Of a stretch of 64,000 bases of DNA, positions 61,804 through 64,000 are shown in pieces. Origin of the DNA: Vitrella brassicaformis CCMP3155 (Eukaryota; Protista; Chromerida); the NCBI GenBank assembly GCA_001179505.1, contig CDMY01000366.1:124001-188000 (forward strand), read 5' to 3'. The first letter of the stretch is position 1. Every line of letters begins with the position of its first letter. The notes under the pieces were generated by a model. That model searched no databases. It worked only from the letters and a program-made list of their open reading frames with translations, and was not told the DNA's origin. Both the position numbers and the translations under genes were made by a program.

Positions 61804-64000
61804 ATGCAGAGGCTTCAGGTAGTGCTCGTGCTTGCGTCGCTGTGCTGTCTGGGCGCCTACACGCCGGTGCCATGTGTGGAGGAGGGCGTGGACTACGCTC
61901 CCAATGACGCCGATGCTGACATCCGTGTGGAGACGCCCATCTCCTCGCCCGAGGCCTGCCAGAGGGCATGCGAGAAGGAAACCCAGTGCTTCTTCTTCAC
62001 CTATGACACCCAGCGAAAGGCATGCTTCCTCAAGCGCCTCCAGGAGCCGCGCGTTGAGGCTGCCGGCCTCGTCTCGGGCACCAAGGCCTGCGTCAAGACC
62101 CACACCGCCGCAGTGCAGGAGGCCGACCTGCCCACGGGTGTCAAGCACAGGGGCGCGCTCTCAGGTGCGCTGGCGAGGCTGGCAGAGGCGGTGGCCTTTG
62201 AGGAGGAGGGAGCGGTGCGGCCGGAGGGCAGCAAGCCGTACCCCTTCTGGGGCAAGGGCCACGTGAGCCGGGAGGACAGGCTGTCTTTGGAGCAGCGGCT
62301 GATGGCCACCCGCGGCCCCCACCACGTCAGGGACAGGCACGTCCTGGTGGAGGTGGTGCCCTCGGCCCCACCATCTGAGGGCGAGGAGGGCGGCGGACAG
62401 ATGGAGGAGCTCAAACAGGTGTTGTTGGACAAGGGGCTCAAGAATGCCACCGTCGCGCGCAGGCTGCTCACCGGGTGGCTGCCTCTCGAAGCCCTCAAGG
62501 AGGTCGACTCACTCAAAACGGTCAATTCGGTCCGCCCGGCGCTCTACCGCACCAACAGAGGCCTCGTCAGCGCCCAGGGGCGCAAGTCGATGCGGGCCGA
62601 TATGCTGACCAAGCGGCTGAATGTCACGGGCAAGAATGTCAAGGTCGGTGTGGTGTCCGACACGTACGACAACTTCTGCTGCGGCGAGCATCTCACCAAC
62701 GCGCAGCAGGACATTGAGAACGACGATCTGCCGGCTGACGTGGACATTCTGATGGAGGGGGGGTATTCTCTTGCTGGCGGGAGCGACGAGGGCCGTGCGA
62801 TGCTGCAGCTCATCTACGATATCGCCTCCGACGCCAAGCTGGGCTTCCACACGGCCGACGGAGGCACCGCTGTGTTTGCACAGGGCATCAGAGGTCGGTG
62901 AGAAAGAGATAGACGGACGAGGAGTGTCCCAAAACAAGCAGGGCTCACCTGTCCTGTGGTGGTGCTTCTCTTGTTTTGTCTTTTCTTCCAGCGCTTGCCG
63001 AGTGGGGAGCCGACGTCATTGTCGATGTAAGTAACCAACGAACGCATCACCAACACAAAATGCCTCCACCCACCCACCCACGCCCTTGCATCATTCTGAC
63101 CGCTCCCGTCTTGTGTGTGTGTGTGTGTGTCAGGACATAGTCTATTTCACCGAGTCGTTCTTCCAGGACGGCGAGGTGGCGCAGGCGGCGACAGAAGTGT
63201 ACAAGCAGGGCGTGGCCTACTTCTCGGCTGCCGGCAACATGGCCGACGAGTCGTACGAGAGCGTCTTCAGGGACAGCGGCGAGGAGGGCCAGCTCGGAGT
63301 CCTCCACGACTTCGATCCAAGCGACGGCGTCACCGTTTATCAGCCCATCAAAGTGCCGGTGCGTGAGTGAGTGAGTGAGGCAATGCATGAGCGGGACGAC
63401 CTGCATCGCATCTTTCGCTGTGTATGCTATGCGTGTGCGTGTGGTTGGTGCACTCGCTGCGCGTAGGTCGGTGAGTCGTGGATGGCGATTCTCAACTGGG
63501 ACCAGGCGTGGTTCTCCGTCAGCGGGGGTGAGGGCAGTGCGAGCGATCTCGACATGATTGTCTACGACGCCAAGAAGACGCCTGTCTACTACCTGCTCGC
63601 AGGAGGTGCATTGCCCTGCAAACCAAACACGCCCACCTCACGCATTGCGGATGTTCCATGAATGTGTCCGTCTGTCTGTCTGTCTGTCTGTGGGCGGGGT
63701 GTGTTGTGTGCGCCAGGCGGCGATCCCAACATCGGTAGAGACGCATTGGAGGTCACTGCTTTCTTCAATGACGTAGGAAGCACCAACTGCAGGCACCGCA
63801 CCCACACACCCACGCCATTCACCTTTAATGTGTGTGTGCGTATGTGGATGCGTGTGTGTGTGTCGTGTGTTAGGGTACGATTGACGTGGACGGCAAGCCC
63901 GGTCCCGACACAGACTTCTTTCTGGCCATCGAGCTGCACCAGGGGCCGGCCCCCGGGCTGATGAAGTACATCATGATGGAGGGCGAGGCGCCCAAGGAGC
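61804..64000 (+). CDS. Secreted PAN/Apple-domain plus S8/S53-like subtilase, truncated by the window end
   Basis: Signal MQRLQVVLVLASLCCLGA. Apple domain C-x27-C-x3-C-x5-C...CFLK...SGTKAC. Protease motifs VGVVSDTYD, GGSDEGRAMLQLIYDIA, ALAEWGADVIVDDI and YFSAAGN. Confidence 0.85.

Overview
This is an intron-rich, GC-rich eukaryotic window. Introns are short GT-AG types full of CA/GT, GACA and GGAT microsatellites. The gene content (flagellar dynein IC2, coccidian-type NTPase, Apple-domain protein) suggests a free-living alveolate, probably a chromerid such as Vitrella; the taxon is inferred, not shown. I built about 20 spliced gene models by hand: DUF72, an EF-hand protein, TBC1D22, a catalytically dead alpha-carbonic anhydrase-like protein, a mucin-like ORF, an RfnT-like MFS transporter, SQOR, a GLEBS-like repeat protein, a Toxoplasma-type NTPDase, a TEX261-like protein, DNAI2, a head-to-head pair of secreted paralogues, a coiled-coil protein, CELF, a hypothetical protein, HAS1/DDX18, a 2H phosphoesterase, PDCL3 and an Apple-S53-like protease that runs off the window end. 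There are two 300-N gaps and no rRNA, tRNA or CRISPR that I can support. The three strongest leads are: (1) a divergent paralogue pair with one acidic and one basic disordered region, both followed by a Tyr-rich segment and a knottin, a candidate two-component cell or cyst wall system; (2) one ~80-nt intron present in two unrelated genes, each copy with a target-site-duplication-like boundary (introner-like); (3) a coccidian-type NTPase that appears to keep the regulatory cysteine loop. Exon boundaries are manual, and family comparisons are from memory, not from database searches.
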